The notes: generated from the letters alone by a model not told the origin. A DNA stretch of 64,000 bases from Puniceicoccaceae bacterium (GCA_040830765.1 JBFOMH010000005.1:32001-96000); one strand, 5' to 3'; counted from the stretch's first letter, positions 48,605 to 59,400 are shown. Translations and numbers: made by a program.

Positions 48605-49710
48605 AAAGGGTCATCCTGCCAATTGCCTGGGCCACACTGGGCGCAGCCTCCCTCAATGCTTCCGGGCTGGAACATCTGGATGGTTCCCTCGATTGGATGG
48701 CTACCGGTGATGTGAAGCTCGGTACCAGCCTGCTGGGAGCTTCCATCGATATTCGTGAAAGTTCCACCTTGGACATCCAGCTTGAGCTGTCCCTGAAGGA
48801 GGTTGAATACCGTCCGAATGCCCCCATTGACCCCCTCGGGATGGATACTGACCTTGACGACACCCTGACCGGAATCAACCTCGCCTTGGAGCAAAACCGG
48901 GAACGCCACCGCACCACCCTCGGGGCCTCCGCCTACAAGGGATTCCGTAGCTACTCTTCCCTCTGGATCGACGAATATTACCGTCAGCAATACGGACTCG
49001 GTGGTCTTCCGGGAGTCAGCTATGAGGATCCCGATCCCCATGGTTACGGACTGACCGCTTCCCACCGCTACGAGGTCCTGCCGTCATCCGGCTTCCTGAC
49101 ATTCTCTGCCAGTTACCTCTATGACCGCGTTGCGCCCGGATATGAGATTGAGGATTTGGGGTCCTCTTTTGAACTGACCCGGAGCGAAACGATCCTCCAC
49201 ACGTGGACAGGTTCCGTTGAGTACGAGGGGCTCATCAACAAGTCAGCCCGTACCCGCCAGGTGGCCAGCCTCTCAAAGACCAGTACGCGGGAACTCCGCT
49301 TCAGCTGGTCGGGGGCCCTTAACGTTGCCCTTGGACCCAAGTGGATTTCCCGGTCAACGGCCACCTTTGCCACCGAAAATCCGGACTTTGAGGCCTGGTC
49401 GGTAGCTCAGACCTTTGAACGCGAATTTGACGGCGACTGGTCCGTCTCCCTGACGGCGCGGTATTATGAAGACACCGGACAAATCGAGTCCGCCAACCTG
49501 ATCTCGAGTGCTGCCCCGGCTCTCGAGACACAACAACTCTTCCTGACCCTGCGGCGCTCCCTTGCCGGAAGTGAGTCCGCATTCTCCCTCAGTTTCGGAC
49601 CCTACCTGACTGACTATGCCGAGACCGGCATCGGGACCGAGCGCTTTGAAAACCTTTATGCCGACCGTGACTGGTGGTGGGGTCGATTTGCTTTTCGCAA
49701 GGAATTCTAA
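48601..49710 (+). CDS. DUF3570-like putative outer-membrane beta-barrel protein
   Basis: Signal peptide, alternating beta-strand pattern, RYYEDTG, terminal Phe; lies between the DUF4266-like and redoxin genes. Confidence 0.55.
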   Translation: MKRVILPIAWATLGAASLNASGLEHLDGSLDWMATGDVKLGTSLLGASIDIRESSTLDIQLELSLKEVEYRPNAPIDPLGMDTDLDDTLTGINLALEQNRERHRTTLGASAYKGFRSYSSLWIDEYYRQQYGLGGLPGVSYEDPDPHGYGLTASHRYEVLPSSGFLTFSASYLYDRVAPGYEIEDLGSSFELTRSETILHTWTGSVEYEGLINKSARTRQVASLSKTSTRELRFSWSGALNVALGPKWISRSTATFATENPDFEAWSVAQTFEREFDGDWSVSLTARYYEDTGQIESANLISSAAPALETQQLFLTLRRSLAGSESAFSLSFGPYLTDYAETGIGTERFENLYADRDWWWGRFAFRKEF

Positions 49711-49738
49711 TAACTTAAACTAACCTATTCATACCAAT

Positions 49739-50638
49739 ATGAGACACCTGACTTCCCTTTCCCTGCTCGCTTTCTTCCTCATTGGCCACACTGCTTCCGC
49801 CCAGACCTACGTGGTCGGTGATGTGGTCGACGACTGGACCTTTACCGATTACAAAACCGGTAATTCCGTCAACCTCTATGAGCTGGGGGCCGAGGGTGGC
49901 GTCCTCGTCCTGGAGTGGTTTGCCTACTGGTGTCCTTACTGTGCCCGTGCAGCAGCCAACGTAGAGACGGGTATTGTTGAATATTATGCGGCCCGTGGCG
50001 GAAATCCGGACGGACTCCCCGTGAAGCATATTTCCCTAAACACCCAGGGAGGAACGCGGACACAATCAGACATTTTCATCAATACCTACAACTTGGGAAT
50101 CGTCCTTGAGGATTACAGCCGCGACTTTTTTGACCTCTTCACTCTGGCGGGTAGCGGTCAGCCGCTCTTCGTCATTATCAATGCCGAGGAGAATTCCCCC
50201 ACCGCCGAGCGCTGGGAGGTCCTCTACACCAGGCTTAACTACTTGCAAAATGAGGCACCCGACATCTCCGCCCTGATGCGGCCAGTGATCGACTCCGTGG
50301 AGGCCGGCGTCGCCCCGGATCCCGTCCTGGCAGTCTTTCCCAACGCAATGGGGCCGGTTGATGGATGGTATGAAAGCACCTGGCTGGGCTGGTTCAACGC
50401 CCAGTCCTTCCCGGGAATCTTCCATGCCGAGCATGGATTCGGTCAGGTCTTCCCGGCCGGCAACGATTCCATATTCCTCTACACCGAGCGGCTCGGATGG
50501 ACCTTCAGTGGACCGGCGTTCTATCCCTTTATGTATTCGTTCACCAGTGCCAACTGGTTGTACTACCAGCAGGGATCGAATGGCCTCTGGTTTTACGACT
50601 ATGCCTTCGGCAATTGGCGTAATTTCGGCGAACAGTAA
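49739..50638 (+). CDS. Secreted thioredoxin-fold (redoxin) protein with aromatic-rich C-terminal domain
   Basis: WFAYWCPYC motif; tail GWYESTWLGWF...HG...LGW...YPFMY...WLYY. Confidence 0.78.
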   Translation: MRHLTSLSLLAFFLIGHTASAQTYVVGDVVDDWTFTDYKTGNSVNLYELGAEGGVLVLEWFAYWCPYCARAAANVETGIVEYYAARGGNPDGLPVKHISLNTQGGTRTQSDIFINTYNLGIVLEDYSRDFFDLFTLAGSGQPLFVIINAEENSPTAERWEVLYTRLNYLQNEAPDISALMRPVIDSVEAGVAPDPVLAVFPNAMGPVDGWYESTWLGWFNAQSFPGIFHAEHGFGQVFPAGNDSIFLYTERLGWTFSGPAFYPFMYSFTSANWLYYQQGSNGLWFYDYAFGNWRNFGEQ

Positions 50639-50658
50639 ATTTGGCAGTAATTGCCGGT

Positions 50659-53600
50659 TCAGGATGAGGGCCTGATCATGCGGATAAACTCACCTCCCGA
50701 GGAATCGTTCATGCGATAACTGAGCAGCGAAAATCCCGCCTTCGGGCTATCCTGTTGTGCCGGTGAAAACGACAGGGACCCTGGTTCCACCTCTACCCAG
50801 TCGACCAGATTGGCCGAAGAAAGAAGGGCGAAATCCTCGCCGGATACAGCGCCGTCTCGGATCCAGCATGTCAGCGAAAGGTTTGTGACATCCGAAACCT
50901 CGACTTGAAGCGTTAGCGGGGAATCATCCGCGATCAGCATGTCCGTCCCGTGAAGCACCTCGAAGTAGTCGGCGATGCGATCGTTGTCCGAATCGGGATC
51001 GAGGTAATTGGGTAAACCGTCGCCATCGGGATCCCCCGCGCCCTCGGTCACATCGGATATGCCGTCGTTATCGGAGTCCACCTCGGTTGCAATGACCAGT
51101 ACAACCCAGTCGAGGCTCGTATTCGCGGGGGGAAGTCCCAGCGAAACTGAGGATCCGCCCATGGCTTGCTTCACGGTCCCCTCCTGGAGCTCACCCCCAT
51201 TGCGGGGATCAAACCACTGGACGCTGTAGGTTCCCGTCTGGCCGGAAAGGTTGAGCAACTTGGCTCCCCCGGAAGGGAGGTAGACCACATAGACCCGGCC
51301 CTCGTCGGCCAGACAATAGCCAGCACTGATACTGTTCCCCGGGTTGCCAATGAGATCATTGCGGCTGGTCATTTCCCAGAAAGGGACAAAGTTGTCCTTG
51401 AAGAATGACAGTGCATGGCGGCAGTAATCCCACCAGTTGTCGCGGGAGCGGAAGTCCTCCAGGGTCATGTCGGAATGCGCGTGATCGTATCCAAAATACC
51501 ACTCGTTGCCAGCGCCCCCGGCCATCAAGGTCCCCCAAAGGGCATTTTTCCTGCCATCCTCATGGGAGTTGCCCGCGTCGTTGTCCGGACGCAGCGCATG
51601 CCGGGCATCCCCTGGCTCGTCAACAACCACGACCCACGGCTTACCCGCGGAAGCGGAACGGCTCACCCACTCGAGGGTGTCCCCGTGGACATTAGCGAAG
51701 TTGGCCTGGTTTGTCTGCAAAGAGGCACCAGTCAGCTTTGAGGCATCACCCAGCAGGGGCCCGTAAACCTGCTCCTTCTGGGGTGGATAGGAGTGAATGA
51801 CAATGTTGTGCCGGTACGGATCCGTATCATGGAAATACTGGGCGTAGGCCTTGACCCGCGTCTGCTGGGAATCCGACAGCTCTTCCCAGATGTCGTTTTC
51901 CTCCCCAAGGTTCCAGTTGAGGGCGAGATGGTGGGCATAGCGGGCAATCAGTTCACGGTAATAGAGAGTCCGGTGGGGCCCGAGGTTGCCGTTGTCGAGC
52001 AATTGGTCATTCTCCGTTTCCTGGGTCTTGAAATGGAGGTGGAATCCCTTCTGGTCGGCGTGGGCAAATATCGCTTCCCACTGGTCCAGTCTCGAGACAT
52101 CCATCCGTTCCCTTTCCGCATAGCTGATGTAGGGGAACACGTTCCGGTCATCGCCGGTAATGTTGAAGGTGAGAAAGGAGATGGCATTCAATCCCTCGCT
52201 GGCGAGGTAGTTGATGGCCCCGGCCAGTTCCGTTCCCTTGCCGCTCATCCAGGCCGCGTCGCCATCCTGCCAGTCGGCTGCGTGCGCGGAATAGGATTTG
52301 ATCGAAGCCTCTTCGCTGACGAAGGTGTTGCCATTATACTGGCCATCAGACTTGAAGCCACCGTCAAAATCCTCATAGGCGAGCAGGTTCTCCGGGGCGT
52401 CGGGTCCCTGTTTGAGGAAATACTCCCCGCTGCCGGCGAAGCGCTGGTAGTGCATCCCGACGTATTCCAGGCGCCCCCGTGAACGGTTGTCCGGGGCGGC
52501 CTTCTCCGACTTGCCGACCGTGAAAAAGCCACTCACCTGGCCATTGGCCTGGCCGTTCAGGGGCGCGGGTGATCCGGCATTGCCACTGACAGCGATTTCG
52601 GTTCCGTTCCGGAATTGGGCCGTGTATTCCCACAGGCCCGTCTTGTCGGGAGAAAAGTGGGCTCGCCAGATATTGCCGCTATCGGCACCGGTCTCCCCGG
52701 CGTTGCCATCGGCCGCATAGTATCCCGGGACAACAAAACTCCGCCCGCTGCCCGCATGGGTGAAGGTGACATCGAGCCGGTAATCCATGAAGGGATTGGG
52801 GTCGGCGGCCTCACTGGTTTTCGGTCCCTCAAAGGCCACCGTAATTCGGTGCCACTGTTTCAGTTCACCATAAATACCCGCCACCGGCGTGTTCAAGACT
52901 GTCGATTCGGAACCCGCATTCAGGGCAATGGCATGCCAGCGACCCCGCGACCATGCCGTCCCGTCACCCTCGGGGATCTCGCCGTTGGTATGGGCGTTCG
53001 ATTCAATCGCAATGACATCGTTGCGGTTCAACGGGACTCCCGTCCAGACATGCGAATGCAGCTTGCGGTCACGCGGCGACCCGGGACCAATGTAGGGATT
53101 CTGGTAGGTCTTGACGACCTGGTCATTGACCAGGAATCGATAGGTCGATTCGCCGTCCTCCTCAGGAAGGGAATACAATGTGACATCGTAATGCCCGGCC
53201 TCGCCGTCAAAGAGGCTTTCCGCCTTCGCAAAGGGGCCCCGGTAGCTGACTTCGGACGCGTTGATGGCCAGCGCCTCGCTGTTGTTGTCGCTGTAATAGG
53301 GAATGCTGCCGGCCTCGATATCCGTGAAATCCTGCAAGGCGTAATAAACATAATCGCTGTCGGTATTAACCCCGATCGAATAGGTGGACGGTTCCAACCC
53401 GAGATTCTCAGCAGTCGACTTGGCCACGCTGGCATGACGGAACAATAATCGATTGATCCGGAAGTGCCGTGACCGACCGGAAACAACCAGCGTGTACTCT
53501 TCCCCAGCCTTGAATTCGTAGACAGCAACCCGCTTGTTGCTGTGCCCGCCAAGGTCGAGTTGACTCCCGGAAGCCCAACTGAAATTCAGGTTGGAGCCAC

Positions 53601-54453
53601 CGAAGAATTTTGTATCGGACTTCAATGCGGAGAGTGGCGCATTGTCCCCATGGCTGGTGTAAGGCCCGGGACCCGCCGCATAATCCCCTTCCACTCGCAC
53701 GTAGGCATCATTGGCAACGTCAGTCCGTCCATCGATGGTTTCCTTGGCACAGTGAAGGTGCAGATAATACAAACCGCCCTGGTTGATCTTGAAGCGGTAG
53801 ACCAAAGGCGAAGTAGCTGGGCCATTGGTGTATGTATTTCCATCAAAGCGTAAGTATCCCCCGCCGGTGTATCCACTAATCGTGTTTTCGGGTATCCATT
53901 TTCCCAGATCCGAGGGCGTGACTTCCATCTCCATGATAACCAGGCCACCCGCTTCCAGATAAAGCCGGTCCTCGCTCGAATTTCCAGGATCCCCTCCTCC
54001 GCCAGAGCTACTGTCCGAGACCGTGAAGTTGATCGTCAGCGGGACACTGGGCGTCCCAGTGGCATTAGCCTCACTATACGCAACAGCCGTCACGGTATGC
54101 TCGCCCGGGGCCGGCGTCCATGGCAGGAAGTCCCCTGCATTATCCCCGCCAAGGGCATAAGGGGCCACACTCTCCGTCCGGAAGTTAGCGTTCCCGTCCA
54201 ATTCAAAGCGGACGCTACCCACTGTGCCACTAGTGACTGCCTCAATGTTCAGGTTGTAGGTATTCAGTTCGCCGAGATCGATCTCCGCCCCGTCCTTCAA
54301 GGGGACAAATCCGAGAATCGGCAAATCCTTGTCGGCATCCATGAGGCGGAGAAATTCCACCACCGGCTGGGCATAGCCGGATGCGGCAGTGAATAAAGTG
54401 GCGCAGATGACCAGTTGAACCTTTGTTCGCAAGGCATGGGTAGGGTATTTCAT
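50659..54453 (-). CDS. Large secreted DUF5060 / putative glycoside hydrolase / collagen-binding-domain protein with Ca-binding DxDxDG repeats
   Basis: [13 protein letters not shown]...[34 protein letters not shown]...DPDGDG...DSDND. Confidence 0.75.
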   Translation of the reverse strand: MKYPTHALRTKVQLVICATLFTAASGYAQPVVEFLRLMDADKDLPILGFVPLKDGAEIDLGELNTYNLNIEAVTSGTVGSVRFELDGNANFRTESVAPYALGGDNAGDFLPWTPAPGEHTVTAVAYSEANATGTPSVPLTINFTVSDSSSGGGGDPGNSSEDRLYLEAGGLVIMEMEVTPSDLGKWIPENTISGYTGGGYLRFDGNTYTNGPATSPLVYRFKINQGGLYYLHLHCAKETIDGRTDVANDAYVRVEGDYAAGPGPYTSHGDNAPLSALKSDTKFFGGSNLNFSWASGSQLDLGGHSNKRVAVYEFKAGEEYTLVVSGRSRHFRINRLLFRHASVAKSTAENLGLEPSTYSIGVNTDSDYVYYALQDFTDIEAGSIPYYSDNNSEALAINASEVSYRGPFAKAESLFDGEAGHYDVTLYSLPEEDGESTYRFLVNDQVVKTYQNPYIGPGSPRDRKLHSHVWTGVPLNRNDVIAIESNAHTNGEIPEGDGTAWSRGRWHAIALNAGSESTVLNTPVAGIYGELKQWHRITVAFEGPKTSEAADPNPFMDYRLDVTFTHAGSGRSFVVPGYYAADGNAGETGADSGNIWRAHFSPDKTGLWEYTAQFRNGTEIAVSGNAGSPAPLNGQANGQVSGFFTVGKSEKAAPDNRSRGRLEYVGMHYQRFAGSGEYFLKQGPDAPENLLAYEDFDGGFKSDGQYNGNTFVSEEASIKSYSAHAADWQDGDAAWMSGKGTELAGAINYLASEGLNAISFLTFNITGDDRNVFPYISYAERERMDVSRLDQWEAIFAHADQKGFHLHFKTQETENDQLLDNGNLGPHRTLYYRELIARYAHHLALNWNLGEENDIWEELSDSQQTRVKAYAQYFHDTDPYRHNIVIHSYPPQKEQVYGPLLGDASKLTGASLQTNQANFANVHGDTLEWVSRSASAGKPWVVVVDEPGDARHALRPDNDAGNSHEDGRKNALWGTLMAGGAGNEWYFGYDHAHSDMTLEDFRSRDNWWDYCRHALSFFKDNFVPFWEMTSRNDLIGNPGNSISAGYCLADEGRVYVVYLPSGGAKLLNLSGQTGTYSVQWFDPRNGGELQEGTVKQAMGGSSVSLGLPPANTSLDWVVLVIATEVDSDNDGISDVTEGAGDPDGDGLPNYLDPDSDNDRIADYFEVLHGTDMLIADDSPLTLQVEVSDVTNLSLTCWIRDGAVSGEDFALLSSANLVDWVEVEPGSLSFSPAQQDSPKAGFSLLSYRMNDSSGGEFIRMIRPSS

Positions 54454-54640
54454 AGCACTTGAAGTTGGGATTTCTGCCACCGGAAAATGCCGGCAGCTTC
54501 CCTAGTCAAGTGGCTCGAAATTTCTAGGTCAGATACAATTTAATTCTACCTGTATGAGAACGGGACGACCATCCTGCCTCGATACCCTGCCAGTGTAGAG
54601 ATAGTTCTCGTCTTCTCTCCCCTAGCAGAGAAACAAATCC

Positions 54641-55429
54641 TCAGTTCGGCACATAGAGCCAGGCCCCACCTTCCCCAAATGTTGATTCATCGCCGTATAT
54701 CCATTTGTTGAGGGAATAACTGTACAACCAAGGAGCACTGGCAATATTAAGCCAGCCCATCAACGGGGTTGTATCAATCAGGCTACCGTCAACAATGGTG
54801 TAGCCGGCCCAGGTGGCCGGAGGGGGTGTTCTCAATTCAATGGAAAATCCGGCAAAATCCCCCTCAGCACCCGAACCGGTCATCTCAATGGTGATTTGAC
54901 CCGCTTCATCGGCAAAACTGAACGAATAGGTCACGTTGCCACTGCCGCCGGCCGACTGGTTGTCGGCCCGTCCGAATACCTGACCGTCTTCGGCAAAGGC
55001 CAGTTGCCGGTATTGGCCCGGCTCTGCCCGGCCATGATAATAGACAAGATAGTACTCCGCTCCTGGAACGAGGCCGGAGATTGTCATCGTGGCAGTCGCC
55101 CCACTGGCCACGACAAAGTAGTCGTTTTCAAGCGGCCTTTGCGAAACGATAAAAGCGGTGTTTCCAGTCCATGTCCCCAAAATCCCGGTAATTGAAGCGG
55201 TGATCCCCCCGCTGGTGACCGAGGATGAATCAACGAGATAGAACGCGTTGAACGCAGGAGGCGGCGTATCGAGGGCGTTCCAGGCGATTGCACCGGGGGC
55301 GGTTGTTCCGGACCCGGCGATCGGGTGATAGGCTTGGGCGTCGAAAAGGACCTCCTGGGCAGTTAGACGTTGTGGCAGGAAGCCAATCCCTGCGATAGCG
55401 AGAATGATAAATAAACTAATACGAGACAT
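54641..55429 (-). CDS. Secreted hypothetical protein with Trp-rich C-terminal domain
   Basis: Signal peptide, beta-rich body (TISGLVPG.EY.L), PPP linker, then TWAGY..DT..LMGWLN domain. Confidence 0.75.
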   Translation of the reverse strand: MSRISLFIILAIAGIGFLPQRLTAQEVLFDAQAYHPIAGSGTTAPGAIAWNALDTPPPAFNAFYLVDSSSVTSGGITASITGILGTWTGNTAFIVSQRPLENDYFVVASGATATMTISGLVPGAEYYLVYYHGRAEPGQYRQLAFAEDGQVFGRADNQSAGGSGNVTYSFSFADEAGQITIEMTGSGAEGDFAGFSIELRTPPPATWAGYTIVDGSLIDTTPLMGWLNIASAPWLYSYSLNKWIYGDESTFGEGGAWLYVPN

Positions 55430-55525
55430 AAATGCTGCTTATCCATTAAGCGGCCGCGATTCAATAAAAATTTCACCCCGAGAGTCCTTTCGAAACCGAT
55501 TTTCCTCAATTGCCCGCGGGAGAAA

Positions 55526-56548
55526 CTATTGCAAGCGGTCACCAACAAAAAACTCTCGTACAACGCTATAGGCTTCCTTGGGCTCCCTGTCGATAGTCAG
55601 GATGCCCCAGTATTCCTCATTGGCGACAGCGTCATAAGGAAATCCGGCAGGCGGCGGCTTGCCCCCGACATCCTGGGTGTCGAGCGTGCCTTCCTCGTCT
55701 TTCCACCACTCATCAACAAAGGCAAAAATAGCTACTCCCGAGCTCACTTCCGGGAAGCGGGCAATATCCTCAAGAATAGCCCGCATGGCATCCGCCTGGG
55801 CCTTTTCATTGGATCCAATCGCGTAGCCCTCGTTGTCATTGGCCATGTAGCTGTCGGCACCCGCCTCGGAGAGGTAGATCGGCTTATTGCTGATCTTGGG
55901 CCAGTCGATAAATATGCCTTCCGGATCATCCCAGCGGTAGACGTTCATTCCCCAGACATCGATATTCGGGCAGGACTCAAGGGCCTGTTTGTCAGGCAGC
56001 TCCCCGTGCGCGGTGGCAACGGGCCGGGTTGGATCAATCTGCTTGGCCAGGACGGCTGCCGCATCGAGGGCATCGTACCAATTCTGGATGTCTCCGCCAA
56101 ACCAGTCTGGATGGTAGTTGTACTCATTACCCAATTCCCAGAGCAGGATGGCCTTGTGGTCCTTGTACTCGCGGATGTAGTCCGCGAAGGTTCCGGATAG
56201 AATATCGAATTCCCCACCCTGGTTGTACCCGATACTGATGATTACCCGGACTCCTGCAGCTGCGATGGCGTCGAGGACCGAGCGGTCGGTGATCGGTTCA
56301 TACACACGGATGGTATTGATTCCTGCCTCCTGCATCAGGATCAGGTCCTCATCAAGGCGATCAAAGCTACGGACCCGGCTGCCCTTGGGGACCGGGTGGT
56401 AGCACACTCCCTTGATGGTGTACGGTTCCCCATCGATCATCAACTTCTGTACTCCAGAAGCACTGGCAGGCTTGTCATCAAGCGAGCTGCTGCAGCCGCT
56501 GAAAATCAGGATGGGTAGCGAAAGAAAGAGAATTATTGCCGCCTTCAT
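55526..56548 (-). CDS. Clan GH-A TIM-barrel glycoside hydrolase lipoprotein (GH2-like)
   Basis: Lipobox FSGC, GINTIRVY, WELGNE (acid/base), LSEAG (nucleophile), DEWWK. Confidence 0.8.
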   Translation of the reverse strand: MKAAIILFLSLPILIFSGCSSSLDDKPASASGVQKLMIDGEPYTIKGVCYHPVPKGSRVRSFDRLDEDLILMQEAGINTIRVYEPITDRSVLDAIAAAGVRVIISIGYNQGGEFDILSGTFADYIREYKDHKAILLWELGNEYNYHPDWFGGDIQNWYDALDAAAVLAKQIDPTRPVATAHGELPDKQALESCPNIDVWGMNVYRWDDPEGIFIDWPKISNKPIYLSEAGADSYMANDNEGYAIGSNEKAQADAMRAILEDIARFPEVSSGVAIFAFVDEWWKDEEGTLDTQDVGGKPPPAGFPYDAVANEEYWGILTIDREPKEAYSVVREFFVGDRLQ

Positions 56549-56623
56549 AACCTCACAAAATGCACTTCAGCGCAATTTTCAAGGTTTACGGACAATCTTT
56601 CCCATAGTCCCTTTGCGCCGGAC

Positions 56624-57472
56624 TCAATCCGCTTCCATCCATTGGCGACCTATCTCAGCAAAGGCCTGCTCCAACTCTGCCACTTCCCATTTGCCCTCGA
56701 TGTTGATCGGGCCACTGAATCCAGCCTCGCGAAGCACTTTGAAATAGGGCCGGAAATCCTGTCCGCTGGTACCCGGGACCCGGCGACCCTCCGCCTCGGC
56801 AATTTCGACAATGGCAACCAAGTCAACCGCTTCCCGCAGGTCCTCCGGCGTGTCCCCCTCAATGACCATGTGAAAGAGATCCGCATTGGCCCGAATTGCT
56901 GGATGGTCCGCGGCCCGGACAACTTCCACCACCTCTGAGATGGTATTGATGAAATTACACTCCTGCTGGCGCAATTGCTCGACCATGACGACGACGCCAT
57001 GCTGTTCCGCTACGGGCCCCATCCGCTTCAGGAGAGCGATAAACTGCCGTTTGGCCTCCTCCAATGGAAATCCTTTCGGAATCCGGCGGGAACCCGAGCT
57101 GCCAAAAGTGATTCCCTTGACCCCCGCCCGTTTTGCCCGTTTGAAGGCAATTTCCGCATAGGCCATGACGGCATCATGATTCGCCTCCGGGCCAACGCAC
57201 TTCAGGTCCTTTCTCCTGATGAAGCTGTTGCAGGACCAGACCGGCAGAGGTGATTGCCCGGCTTGTTCAAGGCTTTTCAAAAACGCCTCCTCCGGTTCGT
57301 CCGGCATCAGCCACCCGGCAACCGACGCCGCCACAAAACTGCCGCCAGCCGCCTTGACTGCCTCAGCATCCCCGAGTCCTCCTCCGACACCCAGTGGTGG
57401 GATGGGCGCACCCTCCATGGAGGACAGGAAGGCAACTGCTGCCAAAACGCAGACCGCGGCTAACTGCTTCAT
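56624..57472 (-). CDS. Sugar phosphate isomerase/epimerase (xylose-isomerase-like TIM barrel)
   Basis: FGSSGSR, E.L...ECNFIN, ADLFHM, IEG. Confidence 0.82.
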   Translation of the reverse strand: MKQLAAVCVLAAVAFLSSMEGAPIPPLGVGGGLGDAEAVKAAGGSFVAASVAGWLMPDEPEEAFLKSLEQAGQSPLPVWSCNSFIRRKDLKCVGPEANHDAVMAYAEIAFKRAKRAGVKGITFGSSGSRRIPKGFPLEEAKRQFIALLKRMGPVAEQHGVVVMVEQLRQQECNFINTISEVVEVVRAADHPAIRANADLFHMVIEGDTPEDLREAVDLVAIVEIAEAEGRRVPGTSGQDFRPYFKVLREAGFSGPINIEGKWEVAELEQAFAEIGRQWMEAD

Positions 57473-57475
57473 GCT

Positions 57476-57925
57476 CTATTCCTTCAATTCCATTTCCCAG
57501 ACATAGATGTCCCGCTCATTGCGGCGCACCGTTTGCATGGCAATTTTTTCAAATCCGAACCTGGCATAGAACTCCACCGCATTCAGGGTGGCCAGAATCT
57601 TGATCGGACGCTCCTTGATCTCGTTCCTTGCAAACTCGAAAAGCGCCCTTCCATAGCCTTTGCGATGGTCCTTGGGATCGACAAAAAGGCCGACTATCTT
57701 ACCTTCCGCCAGGTGCACGTAGCCTCTCGGCTCGGACTCATCCTCAAGGACGTAGAAGTTTTCATAAAAGAGAACTTCTGACATGCCGCGTACGGTCCGG
57801 CCACGATGCCAGTCCTCAAGAATATCTTCAGGATAATAACCGGCTCCTCCGGCAGCGGTTGATTCGACAAGGATTTCAAACAGGCGGGTGGCGTCAGCTG
57901 CCTTGGCTTTGCGAATAAACTTCAT
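57476..57925 (-). CDS. GNAT-family N-acetyltransferase
   Basis: LFVDP..RKGYGRAL, NAVEFYARFGF. Confidence 0.85.
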   Translation of the reverse strand: MKFIRKAKAADATRLFEILVESTAAGGAGYYPEDILEDWHRGRTVRGMSEVLFYENFYVLEDESEPRGYVHLAEGKIVGLFVDPKDHRKGYGRALFEFARNEIKERPIKILATLNAVEFYARFGFEKIAMQTVRRNERDIYVWEMELKE

Positions 57926-58118
57926 TAAAGGGTATGAATTATGGGAAAAGAAAGGGGCTGATGGCTCCACTGGGTGGTGCCACGAACCATCAAGCGCCAA
58001 GTGCTGCCCGGAGGCAACGATTATTGGCTGGAACCTGAATTTTACTGGAAATCATCCTGCGGCTTCGCAAGAGGCCACTTGTCGGAAATGCTTACTGTTA
58101 GCGAATTCCCGTTCTTCC

Positions 58119-59393
58119 ATGATGAATCGAAAGACATTCTTAAAGTACCTCGCGGCAAGCTCGACAGCGATGGTGCTTGGCCACAAGGCCTCCCAGGCCA
58201 GCGCTTCGGTCACCGTGATTCCTCCGACTGGCTTGTCCGGGATGGACACAGGTAGCTGGGCTGCTGTCCGGGAGCTCTTCCCCTTGTCGCCGAAGCGGAT
58301 TTATTTCAACACCGGTGGTTTGGGTCCAACTTCAAATCCGGTCCTCGAGGCAATGCACCAGCAGGCGCTTCGTCAGGCGATTGATGGTGAACACCACCAC
58401 AGTCTCCTGCACCGGGTACGGGAAACCACTGCTGGGATATTCGGGGCGCATCCGGACGAGATTGCCTTTGTCCGCAATGCCACTGAGGGAAACTCGGTCA
58501 TTGCCAATGGTCTTGACCTGAAGGCTGGCGATGAAGTGATTTTCGAATCCCATGCCCATCCAGGTGGTTCCTTCCCCTGGCTCGCCCGCCAAAAGGAGAT
58601 CGGAATCAAGGTCCGCATTTTCGAACCGGATCCAGACAGTCCGGAGGAAAACCTCCAGCGCATCCTTTCACTGGTCAACGATCGCACCAAAGTCATTCAA
58701 GTGAGTCATGTCACCGCCCCGACGGGCATTCTTTTTGATGTCATGTCCATTGCCAGGGCATGCCGCGAGCGTGGAATCTGGTTTCACATCGACGGGGCCC
58801 AAAGCGCCGGGATGATCCCCTTTAATCTCAATGCCATTGCTTGCGATTCCTATGCCACCAGCGGTCACAAGTGGCTTAACGGTCCCCAGGAAAGTGGTTT
58901 CCTCTACATTGCCAAATCGCGTCTGGACGAAGTGGCCTGCAGCCATGCCGGAGCGTATTCAAGCGGCCAATACAAATTACCCGACACATTTGTCTACGCG
59001 CCATTCGCCCACCGCCATGAATACGGAACGCGCGATGCCGCTTCCATTCTCGGCTTGGAGACAGCGCTCCGCCTGCAGCAAAAGATCGGTCTCGAACGCA
59101 TTGCCAAACATGGGAAAAAACTGGTTGCCGAGGCACGCCTTGTCCTGGGGAACATCGATGGTGTGAAAATCCTCACTCCCGGGCATCCGGACATGCACAA
59201 TTCGATCCTCTCCTTCCGCATTGCCGGAAAGGAAAGTGGCGATCTTTATCGACGACTGCTGGAGGAACACAACCTCCGCTGCCGCAATGTTACCGAGCGC
59301 GGTATTAACGCGATCCGCATTTCCTGGCATGTCTACAACAGCGAGGCTGACCTTGAGTCCCTGGAAAAAGCGGTCCGCAGTCTGGTGTCCTGA
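58119..59393 (+). CDS. Class V PLP-dependent aminotransferase/desulfurase-like enzyme with Tat-like leader
   Basis: NRKTFLK leader, YFNTGGLG, RNATEG, DGAQSAG, SGHKW (PLP Lys), IRIS.HVYN. Confidence 0.85.
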   Translation: MMNRKTFLKYLAASSTAMVLGHKASQASASVTVIPPTGLSGMDTGSWAAVRELFPLSPKRIYFNTGGLGPTSNPVLEAMHQQALRQAIDGEHHHSLLHRVRETTAGIFGAHPDEIAFVRNATEGNSVIANGLDLKAGDEVIFESHAHPGGSFPWLARQKEIGIKVRIFEPDPDSPEENLQRILSLVNDRTKVIQVSHVTAPTGILFDVMSIARACRERGIWFHIDGAQSAGMIPFNLNAIACDSYATSGHKWLNGPQESGFLYIAKSRLDEVACSHAGAYSSGQYKLPDTFVYAPFAHRHEYGTRDAASILGLETALRLQQKIGLERIAKHGKKLVAEARLVLGNIDGVKILTPGHPDMHNSILSFRIAGKESGDLYRRLLEEHNLRCRNVTERGINAIRISWHVYNSEADLESLEKAVRSLVS

Positions 59394-59400
59394 CCGGCGC

